Source: Octopus vulgaris (Eukaryota). From it: a DNA stretch of 64,000 bases. Positions 26,013 to 39,068 of this stretch are shown here, one piece after another. Below the pieces are notes generated by a model, which saw nothing but the letters and a program-made list of their open reading frames with translations, was not told the DNA's origin and did not search any database. Each line of letters begins with the position of its first letter. The first letter of the stretch is position 1. Location of the stretch: NCBI GenBank assembly GCA_951406725.2, contig OX597820.1, positions 117,614,001 to 117,678,000 on the forward strand, in the 5' to 3' direction. The position numbers and the translations under genes were made by a program.

Positions 26013-27652
26013 ATATTTAATTTACAGTAAATAATTATTTATGATTATTTAAACGCAAATTCTTAGCACTTCAATTTTTTTGTCTGGATTTAATTTCGAT
26101 TTGCATATGTTTGTCAGTTCGCTACGATCTCTTTAAAGTAAACAAAATCAAAAATTTAAATTGGGGAGGAGGGAGTGAAATTAAAAACAATTTTTTTTTT
26201 TTGCATATTCATAATCTCCAGCATCTAAAACATAGGAATCTGCAAAAAATTCTTTAAAGAAAATGCATTTTTCAAGGAGAGGTGTGAAACTGCATTAGCC
26301 CCGGAAAATGCATTTGCCGATAATTGTCCTTTTATTCTTTATTTGTTGTGGGATTACCAGCAATGTCTCATAGAGGAAGGATTTTAAGGAGACACTGTTT
26401 GAAAAATAGCTAGCCTAAGCATTAAGGATATTGGCAAACAAGAAAAATAAATGGTTTTAGTCAGGATATGAAATGCAAATGAACAACATCTGCTGAGCAA
26501 ATAAATTATATACACCCATTTAACTCATGCCAATAGGAAAGAGGTGGGGGGTGTCATGCATTAAGACTATGGTGGGGGGTGAAGGAGGAGGAGGAGGAGG
26601 GTAAGGAGGAGGAGGAGAAGAAGAAGAAGAAGAAGAAGGAGGAGAAGGGGAAGAAGAAAAAGAAGAAGAAGAAGATGAAGAAGAAGAAGAAGATGAAGAA
26701 GAAGAAGAAGAAGAAGAAGAAGGGGAAGAAGAAGAAGAAGAAGAAGAAGAAGAAGAAGAAGAAGGAGAAGGGGAAGGAGAAGAAGAAGAAGAAGAGGACT
26801 GTGAGGAGAACAAAGAGGAGGATTCAGTCTTTCTTGGTTGAAGCCAACATGGGGACCATGATGCAATCATGCAAGTTATTAGAAATAGCAGGTAAATCCC
26901 ACTCAAATATTATCCTGCCAGCTTAAAAGCTGTGAAGTACACATTGGATGATCAAGAAGAAAGTCTGGTTACACACAACTGCTCAATCAAGACTGACCTA
27001 GGGTTAAACAACAACTCTTTGAATACGTATGACTGAGAAATGGATAAATTCCAGTCCAATCTAGCAGGTTGCTATAGTCACATCATCATCATCATCATCA
27101 TCGTTTAACGTCCGCCTTCCATGCTAGCATGGGTTGGACGGTTCAACTGGGGTCTGGGAAGCCAGAAGGCTGCATCAGGCCCAATCAGATCTGGCAATGT
27201 TTCTACGGCTGGATGCCCTTCCTAACGCCAACCACTCCATGAGTGTAGTGGGTGCTTTTTATGTGCCACCCGCACAGGTGCCAGATGGAGCTGGCAAACG
27301 GCCACGGATGGATGGTGCTTTTTATGTGCCACCGGCACAGGGGCCAGGCGAGGCTGGCAACAAATCTCTAAATAAAAAATCTCTAAATAAAAAACAAAAA
27401 CTCAAGTGGGTGGCAGGAGGTGGGGGGAGGGGGAGTTAGCATTGAAATGGATTCTAGAGATCACCAAAAAAAAAAAAAAAGAAAGAAAGAAAAAACCAAA
27501 TGCAATTCTAAAAATCAGAAATATCCCAGTGGCAGTCATTATCAGGTATTTGATAAAGAATATAATTCTGAAGTGCTTCGAAGAAGTTGTTGAAAATAAA
27601 ATCTCCTTTCTCTTATAGTGGACGAAGGAATTAAAATTTCTTGTAAAAAAAC

Positions 27653-28105
27653 AGGCGCAGGAGTGGCTGTGTGGTAAGTAGCTTGCTAACCAACCACATG
27701 GTTCTGGGTTCACTCCCACTGCGTGGCATCTTGGGCAGGTGTCTTCTGCTATAGCCCCGGGCCGACCAATGCCTTGTGAGTGGATTTGGTAGACGGAAAC
27801 TGAAAGAAGCCTGTCGTATATCATCATCATCATCATCGTTTAGCGTCCGTTTTCCATGCTAGCATGGGTTATGTATATATATGTATGTGTGTGTGTTTGT
27901 GTGTCTGCGTTTGTCCCCTTAGCATTGCTTGATAACCGATGCTGGTGTGTTTACGTCCCTGTCACTTAGTGATTCGGCAAAAGAGACCGATAGAATAAGT
28001 ACTGGGCTTACAAAGAATAAGTCCCGGGGTTGATTTGCTCGACTAAAGGCGGTGCTCCAGCATGGCCGCAGTCAAATGACTGAAACAAGTAAAAGAGTAA
28101 AGAGT
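27653..28105 (+). mobile_element. SINE family A with a ~50-bp RTE tail inserted in its central (TA)n
   Basis: tcatcatcatc...tttagcgtccgttttccatgctagcatgggtt at 27821-27870. Confidence 0.85.
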
Positions 28106-28218
28106 ATGACATATTATAAAATTGTTTGATAAGGTTTTGGCATGCATAGGTTATCCAGACACCAGCTGCAATCTTTGTTGAAGTGCAAGAATTCCTGACT
28201 TTGTTATAATAATATGGT

Positions 28219-28450
28219 GAGGCAGCAAACTGGCAGAATCGTTAGCACTCCAGGCGAAATGCGTAGCCATATTTCATCTGCCGTTACGTTCTGAGTTCAA
28301 ATTCTGCCGAGGTCGACTTTGCCTTTCATCCTTTCAGGGTCGATAAATTAAGTACCAGTTACGCACTGGGGTCGATTTAATCGACTTAATCCGTTTCTCT
28401 GTCTTTGTTTGTCCCCTCTATGTTTAGCACCTTGTGGACAATAAAGAAAT
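28219..28450 (+). mobile_element. tRNA-derived SINE family B (representative copy)
   Basis: Head with B-box gagttcaaattc and conserved core gaggtcgactttgcctttcatcctttcagggtcgataaattaagtaccag. Other copies lie near 4126, 9880, 16010, 32435, 45706, 52305, 56475, 58415, 59005, 60030 and 60280. Confidence 0.8.
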
Positions 28451-29084
28451 ATATAATTATGTGGTGAACGTGGATGAAGTCCTTAGAAGTGAAGGCATGG
28501 CTGTATGGTAAGAAATTTGTTTCGTGACCACATGGTTCTGGGTTCAGTCCCACTGTGTGGCACCTTGAGCGAATGTCTTCTTCTATAGCCACGCACTGAC
28601 CAAAGTATTATGGATTTGGTAGACGGAAAGTGAAATAAACCCATCATGTGTGTCTGTCTGTCTGCTACCCCCCCCCCACCATGGCTTGACAACTGGTGTT
28701 GATGTGTTTACATCACTGCAACTTAGTGGTTCAGCAAAAGAGACTGACTGAATAAGTACCAGGCCTTAAAAAGTACTGGCATTGATTAATTTGACCGGAA
28801 AATCTTCAAGGTGGTGCCCCAGCATGGCCACTGTGTAATAACTGAAGCAAATACAAGATGAAAAATAAAGAAATTTTTGTAACGAACATTTTCTCATGGA
28901 CAGAATGCAAAATTGATAATATTATTCCCTGGCAACCAATGACACTGTCAATATTTTATAGTTTATTTTTTATTTCTTTATCACCCGCAAGGGGCTAAGC
29001 AGAGCAAGTGCAGATATGAATAGCATATGGGAACCAGTATTAAGGAAGGATAGGAAAATAGTAGATTTATAAGCCCTAAAATTC

Positions 29085-29365
29085 ACTCCATAATTGCCCA
29101 CGAGCATATGGCGTAGTGGTTAAGAACGTGGGCTACTAACCCCAAGATTCTGAGCTTGATTCCAGGCAGTGACCTGAATAATAATAATAATAATAATGAT
29201 AATAGCAACAACAACCCAGGTTCGAAATTTCCCCAAGACACCTGATGAAGGCTGGAAGATATACCAGCCAAAACGTTGTCTTAACAACACACAAGATGAG
29301 GACAAATATCCGTCAAAATGTAAATAATGTAAACAATTCCTCATCTCTTAAATATAGAACTGTAC
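29085..29365 (+). mobile_element. Composite element: tRNA-like head, (TAA)n, then hammerhead-bearing tail
   Basis: A-box TGGCGTAGTGG at 29109-29119, degenerate B-box GCTTGATTCC at 29154-29163, TAA repeat, then the hammerhead motif. Confidence 0.55.
29235..29282 (+). ncRNA. Minimal hammerhead motif (decayed GAAA box)
   Basis: AAGACAC-CTGATGA-A-GGCTGG-aagatata-CCAGCC-AAAA-CG-TT-GTCTT: 6-bp stem II. The CGAAA to CAAAA change is a CpG-type transition. Confidence 0.6.
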
Positions 29366-29376
29366 CATCTTCTCAT

Positions 29377-29778
29377 ACTCTTTTACTTGTTTCAGTCATT
29401 TGACTGCGGCCATGCTGGAGCACCGCCTTTAGTCGAGCAAATCGACCCCGGGACTTATTCTTTGTAAGCCCAGTACTTATTCTATCGGTCTCTTTTGCCG
29501 AACCGCTAAGTTACGGGGGACGTAAACACACCAGCATCGGTTGTCAAGCAATGCTAGGGGGACAAACACACACACACACAAACATACACACATACACATA
29601 TATACAAATATATACATATATACGACAGGCTTCTTTCAGTTTCCGTCTACCAAATCCACTCACAAGGCATTGGTCGGCCCGGGGCTATAGCAGAAGACAC
29701 TTGCCCAAGATGCCACACAGTGAGACTGAACCCGGAGCCATGTGTTTATTTAGCAAGCTACTTACCACACAGCCACTC
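29377..29778 (-). mobile_element. SINE family A
   Basis: Homology to 2228-2612. A more diverged plus-strand copy lies at 28493-28865. Confidence 0.85.
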
Positions 29779-29789
29779 TTTATACAAAA

Positions 29790-30320
29790 GAGTCAAAATT
29801 ATATGCACTCTTGCTTTTTCAATGCATTTACACAAAAGCAGGGGTTAAACAAATGCGCTATTTTTTCTATAGTCTCCTTCCTTTTTGAAGCACTTGGTCC
29901 AGCAATCCCCCAGCTTGCATATTCTCTCCAAGAAGGGTTTTGGTTGGTCATGCAACCATTTATAAACCACTTCCTTCACATCTTCATCCACTGCAGGAGA
30001 AATACATAACCAAAGATAAAGGAAATCAATGACCTCGTAAACCACCTTTGAGCAGTCCAAAGATATGATAGTCGGAAGGGGAAAGATCCAGGTTGTAGGC
30101 AGCGTATTCCAGCACCCCAAAACCCATTTGGTTAATGGTTTCAACAGTCTGGGTGGCCGTGTATGGGTGTGCATTGTCATGCAACAACAAAACTTCCTTC
30201 AACTTGCTTCAGCGTTTGGTGCTGGTTTCCGTTTGTCGGCCAGCAAAGCACTGTATCTTGCACTGTTGATCGTACACCCCTTTTCCAGAGAAATCAGATC
30301 ACTGCTCTTCGTTCTTCCTT
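29790..30320 (-). mobile_element. Degenerate mariner transposase fragment
   Basis: Remnants HDNAHPHT, DLSPSDYHIFG, DEDVKEVVYKWL and WTKCFKKEGDY across frameshifts. Confidence 0.8.
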
Positions 30321-30508
30321 GGTGCACATTGCCAGTGGAGTGGCTATGTTTGCATTGTAAAGCCAGAAAGACAAATGGTGCAACCTGGCTCAAACTTCAA
30401 TTCCGTGACCACAATAGTACCAACTATAAGCAAGCATGCGCAGAAGGCAGTGAGACAATAATAAAGATATGTTATGGTGAAAGTGCAGATAATTTTTTTA
30501 CTTCTCAT

Positions 30509-30544
<36 letters not shown>

Positions 30545-31576
30545 CACCGTGATCGCCGTGACCAACCAGGCTATCAGATGTTGCTACACATCGCTGGTCA
30601 CAATGCGCTTTGCATTGTTTTAGCCTTCAAATGACACCACCCCGCTGGCTAAGTGAGCAGGCCAACAGAAGGCCTCGTGCAGCTTTAGATGTTTTCGCTC
30701 AATAAACACTCACAACGCCCAGTCTGGGAATCGAAACCGTGATCCCACGACCGTGAGTCCGCTACCCTAACCACTGGGCCATTGCATCTCCACACACATA
30801 TATATAAATTCTTAGAGAGAATTCCTGATAGTCACATTCATCATATCTAAAGAAAAATTTTTCCTAAGATAAAACTATTAATTATATTTTTTTAAATGTT
30901 TAAAAAACACAGTAAAATACAAATCTTTTGTAAGAAAGTTATTGGAGTGCTTTCACTGTTTTCGGCTTTTCAAACACACATGTTATGCATGTTATCTTGA
31001 GAAAAAAAGTTATGTATAACTTTATGTATAAAGATTAAAATGCATACATATATCATCATCATTCAAAGTCCATCTTCCATGCTGTCATGGGTTTTATATA
31101 TATTTATATAGAAGTTTTCATAACATTTTTGCCATAGATAAAAATCTTGATTTGCATATGGGTTATTTTATGTTGAGGTCAGAGAAGCCAAAACATATGG
31201 TCAGAGTTGCCTGCAAACAATGGCCAGATGAGTTACTGTTAGACGATGTAAATTGAGTTGAGAAATTTATTGTTGATGTCTTGAAGTTATCTTCCTGACT
31301 CTTTGTGAGATACCAACAATTGCCTCCATATTCTTGTTTTCTGTCTCCATTTCGAAGAGGAAATTTCAATAAATTATGAATTTATTCAGCACAGCATTCA
31401 GTACACTTTTTAACTTAATTATGTATACAGTAATGCATATGTTTGTGTGTATGTGTGTGTGCACAAGCATACACATATACTTACATAAAAATATATACAT
31501 TTACATAAACATATGTAAATGTGCGCATGTGTGTGTGTTATGAGTTTATATGTACATATATATGAATATACATGTG

Positions 31577-31628
<52 letters not shown>

Positions 31629-31629
31629 C

Positions 31630-31761
<132 letters not shown>

Positions 31762-33281
31762 GTTGGCGTTAGGAAGGGCATCCAGCCGTAGAAACATCAT
31801 TCCACCTCATAATTATAATCATAATAAAATTGACGATGATGATGGTATGTGGTGGTGGTGGTGGTGGTAGTGGTGGTGATGACAACAATGAGGAGGAAGG
31901 AAGGAGGAGGAGGATCATAATCTTATGATGATGATGATCATGATCCTCATCATCAACACCACTCCCATCTGCATCCTCACTATCTCTTATGTTTACATCT
32001 TTTGTGAGTTGCCAGTTTTATAAAGACAGACTTTTCCACTTCACTGAAACAAAATCAATATTTTTTTCATAGAAATTATCTACAGAATTTAGATCTCATA
32101 CATAAACACACAGGTACATGTGTGTGTGTATATGTGTATGCATATGCGTATGCATAATTGTGAATAACACACTTAAAACATTTATGGGTTAGAGATAATG
32201 AAATGAGGAAGCAAAACAAAGACTGGTTTCATAGTGAAGAATACAAAAGCATCCCAAAGTTTAATTGCCATTTCATACAAATGGAATCATAAGCAAAATT
32301 AGTTTGGAAAACCTCTGCATTCAAAATCTTATTTGTTGTTTTTTATTATTTAGCTCGGTCCACCTTTACAAAACAGAACCTGATAATATGACAATCAATA
32401 AAATGGTGTAAGACAAATTTAAAAAATAATATATATTTCTTTACTACCCACAAGGGGCTAAACACAGAGGGGGACAAACAAGGACAGACAAGGGGATTAA
32501 GTCGATTACATCGACCCCAGTGTGTAACTGGTACTTAATTTATCGACCCTGAATGGATGAAAGGCAAAGTCGACCTCGGCGGAATTTGAACTCGGAACGT
32601 AACAACAGACGAAATACGGCTACGAATTTCGCCCGGCGTGCTAACGTTTCTACCAGCTCGCCGCCTTAATTTTAAAAAATAATATACTGTGCTTGAGAAG
32701 ACCCGTCAAGTTGTGGTTGATGTCACTGTCATGTAACTGACCAGTTAAAAGCACCCTCCAATCATTGGGTGATATGCTGTGCTTGTGAAGACCTGTGGAA
32801 CCAAGTGGAATCATAGTCATGGCCAATGCCAGTGCCATCTGAAGCACCATTCAAGCATTGGGTCTATATATTTATATATATATATATGTATATCACCGTG
32901 ATCACTGTGATCGACCAGGCTATCAGAAGTTGCTACACATCGCTGGTCACAATGCGCTTCACATTGTTTTAGCCTTCAAATGACGCCACCCTGCTGGCTA
33001 AGTGAGCAGGCCAACAGAAGAAAGATTGAGAGAAAGTTGTGGCAAAAGAGTACAGCCAGGATCGCCACCACCCCTGCCGGAGCCTCATGGGTCTTTAGAT
33101 GTTTTTGCTCAATAAACACACACACTACACCCAGTCTGGGAATCGAAACTACAATCCCACAACCACATGGGTCTTTAGATGTTTTTGCTCAATAAACACA
33201 CACACTACACCCAGTCTGGGAATCGAAACTACAATCCCACAACCACGAGTCCGCTGCTCTAACCACTGGGCCATTGCACCT

Positions 33282-34730
<1,449 letters not shown>

Positions 34731-34800
34731 CTGTTTCAACACACGACTTCACATAAAAAATCTTGCACAACAAATATTTAAACGTATATATATATATATA

Positions 34801-34860
<60 letters not shown>

Positions 34861-34900
34861 TATATATATATATATATATATATGCATATATATATATATA

Positions 34901-34935
<35 letters not shown>

Positions 34936-34989
34936 AACTAAAATCATTGAACAAGCAAATACAAAGTCAACCGCATGTCATTTCATAAT

Positions 34990-35245
34990 TCGAACATTAA
35001 TGTGCGGTCCATGACACCTAAGGATGGTGAGCGATTCCCTTATGCATAGCCTACACTTGCTGATGTTTCTCTTGGGGTTTGGGATTTTAGAAATGATGGA
35101 CCATTCTAGGAAATAATTCTTATTGTTCTTTCTCAGGTTGTGTATATGCGATGCAAGTGTAGTTGAGTTGAAGTATTTTTCGTTAGTAAAGGAGCTCATG
35201 TGTGACCTATATCGCGCCTTAAAATCCATCGTACTACCTATATAT
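34990..35245 (-). mobile_element. Penelope-like element GIY-YIG endonuclease fragment (Naiad-like)
   Basis: YIGSTMDFKARYRSHMSSFTNEKYFNSTTLASHIHNL...LEWSII...CRLCIRESLTIL...HINVR: YIG motif, conserved R and H, CxxC before the catalytic E, and terminal N. Confidence 0.75.
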
Positions 35246-35807
35246 ATATATCCATCGTATATATATATATATATATCCATATATAAAATCCATCGTACTA
35301 CCTATATATATATATATATATATGTTATATTTTTATATGCTCCCATATGTATATATATTTATATATGTTTTATATATTTTTATATGCTTATATTTTTATA
35401 TACCTATATATTTTTATATATTGCTTATATTATATTTTACTTTCTACGTCCTTATAAATGTATTCTCTTTGAATCGCTAGAATATTAATTCTAAGTTTTA
35501 ACAAGACTTTTTCTTGCACCATACCATATTAATATTATATTATTATTATTACGTGCTGTACATATGAATTTTGTTCCATCTTGCGGATTATATGTTTATT
35601 CTATAATTAAATGTTCGAATTATGAAATGACATGCGGTTGACTTTGTATTTGCTTGTTCAATGATTTTAGTTTGATATTTTTGTCTCTTCCAATAGAGCA
35701 CTTCTATTGCAGTCCTATTAAACCTTTTTTTGTTCCTGACAAGAAACAATTATTGTATCGATATATATATGCATATATATATATATATATATATATATGC
35801 ATATATA

Positions 35808-38745
35808 TCATCATCATCATCGTCATCATCGTCGTTTAGCGTCCGTTTTCCATGCTAGCATGGGTTGGACGGTTCTACTGGGGTCTGTGAAGCCAGAAGG
35901 CTTCATCAGGCCCAGTCAAATCTGGCAGTGTTTCTACGGCTGGATGCCCTTCCTAACGCCAACCACTCCGTGAGTGTAGTGGGTGCTTTTTACGTGCCAC
36001 CCGCACAGGTGCCAGACAGAGCTGGCAAACGGCCACGAACGGATGGTGCTTTTTATGTGCCACCGGCACAAGGGCCAGGCGAGGCTGGCAACGGATACGA
36101 AACGGGGGCGGTGCTGGCAACGGTCGTGAAACGGAAGGTTCTCTTACATGCCACCGGCACTGGTAACACATCTGCAATTCCATTGATCGATTTCCATTCT
36201 GATCCTCACTTGCCTCAACGGGTCTTCACAAGTAGAGTTTCGACATGCCACCGGCACTGGTAACACATCTGCAATTTCCATTGATCGATTTCCATTTCTG
36301 ATCCTCACTTGCCTCAACAGGTCTTCACAAGTAGAGTTTTGTGTCCCAAGAAGGGAAGGTATGCCTACGTAGGCTGGCTCCATCCCAAGTAGAAGGCCAC
36401 GGATTATGGACTTACTTGTCCTGCCGGGTCTTCTCGCGCACAGCACACTTCCAGAGGACTCGGTCTCTAGTCATTTCCTCAGTGAGACTTAAAGTTCGAA
36501 GGTCGTGCTTCACCACCTCGTCTCAGGTTTTCCTGGGTCTGCCTCTTCCACAGGTTCCCTCAACCGCTAGGGTGTGGCACTTTTTCACACAACTATCTTC
36601 ATCCATTCTCGCCACATGACCATGCCAGCGCAATCGTCTCTCTTGCACACCACAACTGATGCTTCTTAGGTCCAGCTTTTCTCTCAAGGTACTTACACTC
36701 TGTCGATTATGAACACTGACATTACACATCCATCGGAGCATACTGGCTTCATTTCTTGTGAGCTTACGCATATCCTCAGCAGTCACGGCCCATGTTTCAC
36801 TGCCATGTAGCATGGCTGTTCGTACACACGCATCATACAGTCTGCCTTTCACTCTGTGCGAGAGGCCTTTTGTCACCAGCAGAGGTAAGAGCTCTCTGAA
36901 CTTTGCCCAAGCTATTCTTACTCTAGCAGTTACACTTTCAGCACACCCGCCCCCGCTGCTGACTTGGTCACCTAGGTAACAGAAACTATCAACTATTTCT
37001 AGTTTTTCTCCCTGGAAAGTGACGGAAGTTGGTCTCAGAGCATTTTCAGTGTTTATTGTTCCTGAGCATCTGCCACATACAAAAACCATCTTCCTAGTTA
37101 GCCTTCCTTTGACATTGCTGCACCTCTTATGTGTCCATAGCTTACACTTGGTGCATCTTATAGAGTTTCTACCTACACCTTTTCTACAGATCGAGCAGGG
37201 CCATCTACCTGAAGGCGTTTGTGATTTGTCTACCTTCCTACTGATTACGACTTTGGTTTTAGCTAGATTGACTCTGAGGCCCTTCGATTCTAATCCTTGT
37301 TTCCACACCTGAAACTTCTCCTCCAGTTCTGATAGCGACTCAGCAATTAGAGCAAGGTCATCAGCATAAAGGAGCTCCCAAGGGCATCCTGTCTTGAATT
37401 CCTCCGTTATTGCCTGGAGGACTATGATAAATAGGAGGGGGCTGAGTACTGAGCCTTGGTGGACCCCTACGTCTAACCGGAATTCTTCACTGTACTCGTT
37501 TCCAACCCTCACCCTACTAGCAGCGTCCCTATACATGGCCCGCACAGCTCTCACTAACCATTCATCTATCCCTAGTTTCCTCATTGCCCACCAGATAAGG
37601 GATCGGGGGACCCTGTCGAAGGCTTTCTCCATGTCAACAAAAGCCAGGTACAGGGGCTTATCTTTGGCTAGGTATTTCTCCTGCAGCTGCCTTACCAGGA
37701 ATATAGCATCAGTAGTACTTTTCCCTGGCACAAACCCAAACTGCATCTCATCTAAACTAACTCTCTCTCTAATTAGTTGGGCTATGACCCTCTCCGTAAC
37801 CTTCATCACCTGATCCAACAGCTTGATACCTCTGTAGTTATTTGTATCTAGGGCGTCACCTTTACCTTTGTAGCAGTTGACTATTATGCTGCTACACCAG
37901 TCATTGGGTATGACTCCTTTGTGTATCACCTGATTAACTATATGGGTAACTAGGCTATAGCCGACACTACCAGACATTTTGAGCATCTCTGCAGTGATTC
38001 CTGATGGGCCTGGGGCTTTTCCTGTCTTCATGCTTCTAATTGCCTTAGCTACCACGGAACTATCAACTCGGATAGCTGGTCCCTCTGTTGGGTCAACATT
38101 CGGCAGACTCTCTTTATCCCATTCATTTTCTTTATTCAGCAAACTTTCATAGTGGCATCTCCAAACCTCTCTCTTTGCATCCTCATTTAGCACAAGTGTA
38201 CCATCTTCCATGCGAACACACTTCTCTCCTACCACATCACGATTCTCTCTCACACACTGTCTTGCAACGCGAAACACCTCCAGTCTTTGGTCCTCACGGC
38301 ACAGAACATTGGCAAATTTTTTCTTATCTGCTTCCCCTCTGGCTAAATAAACCTGTCTCTTAGCTTCTCTTTTGGCAGTCTGATACAATTCCCTGCTACC
38401 CCCATTTTTTCAGACCTTCCAAGCCTGTCTCTTTTCTCTAATAGCCCTGTCTACAATATTGTTCCACCACCACGTTATTCTAGGTCGAGAGGGGACTTTG
38501 CACCAGCCACAGATCTGGTCAGTGGCTCTCAGCAGGTTGTCCCTTAGAAACGTCCAGCTGTGTTCTACCCCCTGTGATGCTCTATCCCCTTCTACTTCCT
38601 CAGAGGCTTCAAGTAATATGTCTCTAAATCTCTGTCCATTTGCAGGATCTTTAAGCTTCCAGATCCTTCTTCTCCATATTGGTCGTCTTCTGGTTGTCCT
38701 CCTAGTCCTGATCCTAAAGTCACTAACTACCAGTCTATGTTGTGA
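35808..38745 (-). mobile_element. RTE-clade LINE, 5'-truncated, with 3' UTR and (GAT)n tail
   Basis: RT motifs (GKAPGPSG, NYRGIKLL, QFGFVPG, FVDMEKAFDRV, GVHQGSVLSPLLF, LLYADD). The 5' end retains only the endonuclease C-terminus (QHRLVV). The 3' end reads ...ccaacccatgctagcatggaaaacggacgctaaac(gat)n. Confidence 0.95.
36523..38388 (-). CDS. RTE reverse transcriptase ORF segment (621 aa) with embedded C4HC3 finger; bounded by in-frame TGA codons
   Basis: ORF track shows complete RT subdomains. The same frame continues upstream of 38412 and downstream of 36523. Confidence 0.85.
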   Translation of the reverse strand: MYQTAKREAKRQVYLARGEADKKKFANVLCREDQRLEVFRVARQCVRENRDVVGEKCVRMEDGTLVLNEDAKREVWRCHYESLLNKENEWDKESLPNVDPTEGPAIRVDSSVVAKAIRSMKTGKAPGPSGITAEMLKMSGSVGYSLVTHIVNQVIHKGVIPNDWCSSIIVNCYKGKGDALDTNNYRGIKLLDQVMKVTERVIAQLIRERVSLDEMQFGFVPGKSTTDAIFLVRQLQEKYLAKDKPLYLAFVDMEKAFDRVPRSLIWWAMRKLGIDEWLVRAVRAMYRDAASRVRVGNEYSEEFRLDVGVHQGSVLSPLLFIIVLQAITEEFKTGCPWELLYADDLALIAESLSELEEKFQVWKQGLESKGLRVNLAKTKVVISRKVDKSQTPSGRWPCSICRKGVGRNSIRCTKCKLWTHKRCSNVKGRLTRKMVFVCGRCSGTINTENALRPTSVTFQGEKLEIVDSFCYLGDQVSSGGGCAESVTARVRIAWAKFRELLPLLVTKGLSHRVKGRLYDACVRTAMLHGSETWAVTAEDMRKLTRNEASMLRWMCNVSVHNRQSVSTLREKLDLRSISCGVQERRLRWHGHVARMDEDSCVKKCHTLAVEGTCGRGRPRKT

Positions 38746-38749
38746 TATA

Positions 38750-38823
<74 letters not shown>

Positions 38824-38852
38824 TATATATATGCATATATATATATATATAT

Positions 38853-39068
38853 GCATACAAAATGGCTGACGGTTAGTAAGGGGAGACACAAATAAGAAAG
38901 AAGAAAACAAAGGACCACTGAGGAGGTCACAGGAGCGTGACGAAAGAACTCTGGCCGAAATAAGATTAAGATTAATGTAAAAAATAAATAACACTGAAGC
39001 AAAATAATACCAAATATATAGTGCGTGTGTTTTTATTGCCTTAACTGGCAAAATGACCATTACGAAAT
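38853..39068 (+). mobile_element. Solo diverged copy of the same pLTR-like repeat
   Basis: Matches 34507-34722 with scattered substitutions. Confidence 0.88.
38912..38956 (+). ncRNA. Minimal type I hammerhead ribozyme motif
   Basis: GGACCA-CTGAGGA-G-GTCAC-aggagc-GTGAC-GAAA-G-aa-C-TC|TGGCC: CUGANGA core, 5-bp stem II, GAAA, very short stem III, CUC site, and CCA/TGG stem I. Confidence 0.65.

Larger units (their letters stand above)
24589..26302. mobile_element. Non-autonomous TIR DNA transposon with 8-bp TSD (Merlin-like), carrying nested repeats
   Basis: Inverted ends of ~110 bp (ggagctaatacagtttcgcacctctccttg... and ...caaggagaggtgtgaaactgcattagcccc). Direct repeat GGAAAATG at 24581-24588 and 26303-26310. 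Confidence 0.75.

Noticed and set aside
31163-31369. Unique-looking sequence as an extra host exon
   Set aside because: No convincing acceptor/donor pair or DRC9 similarity, and the two called exons already join in frame.
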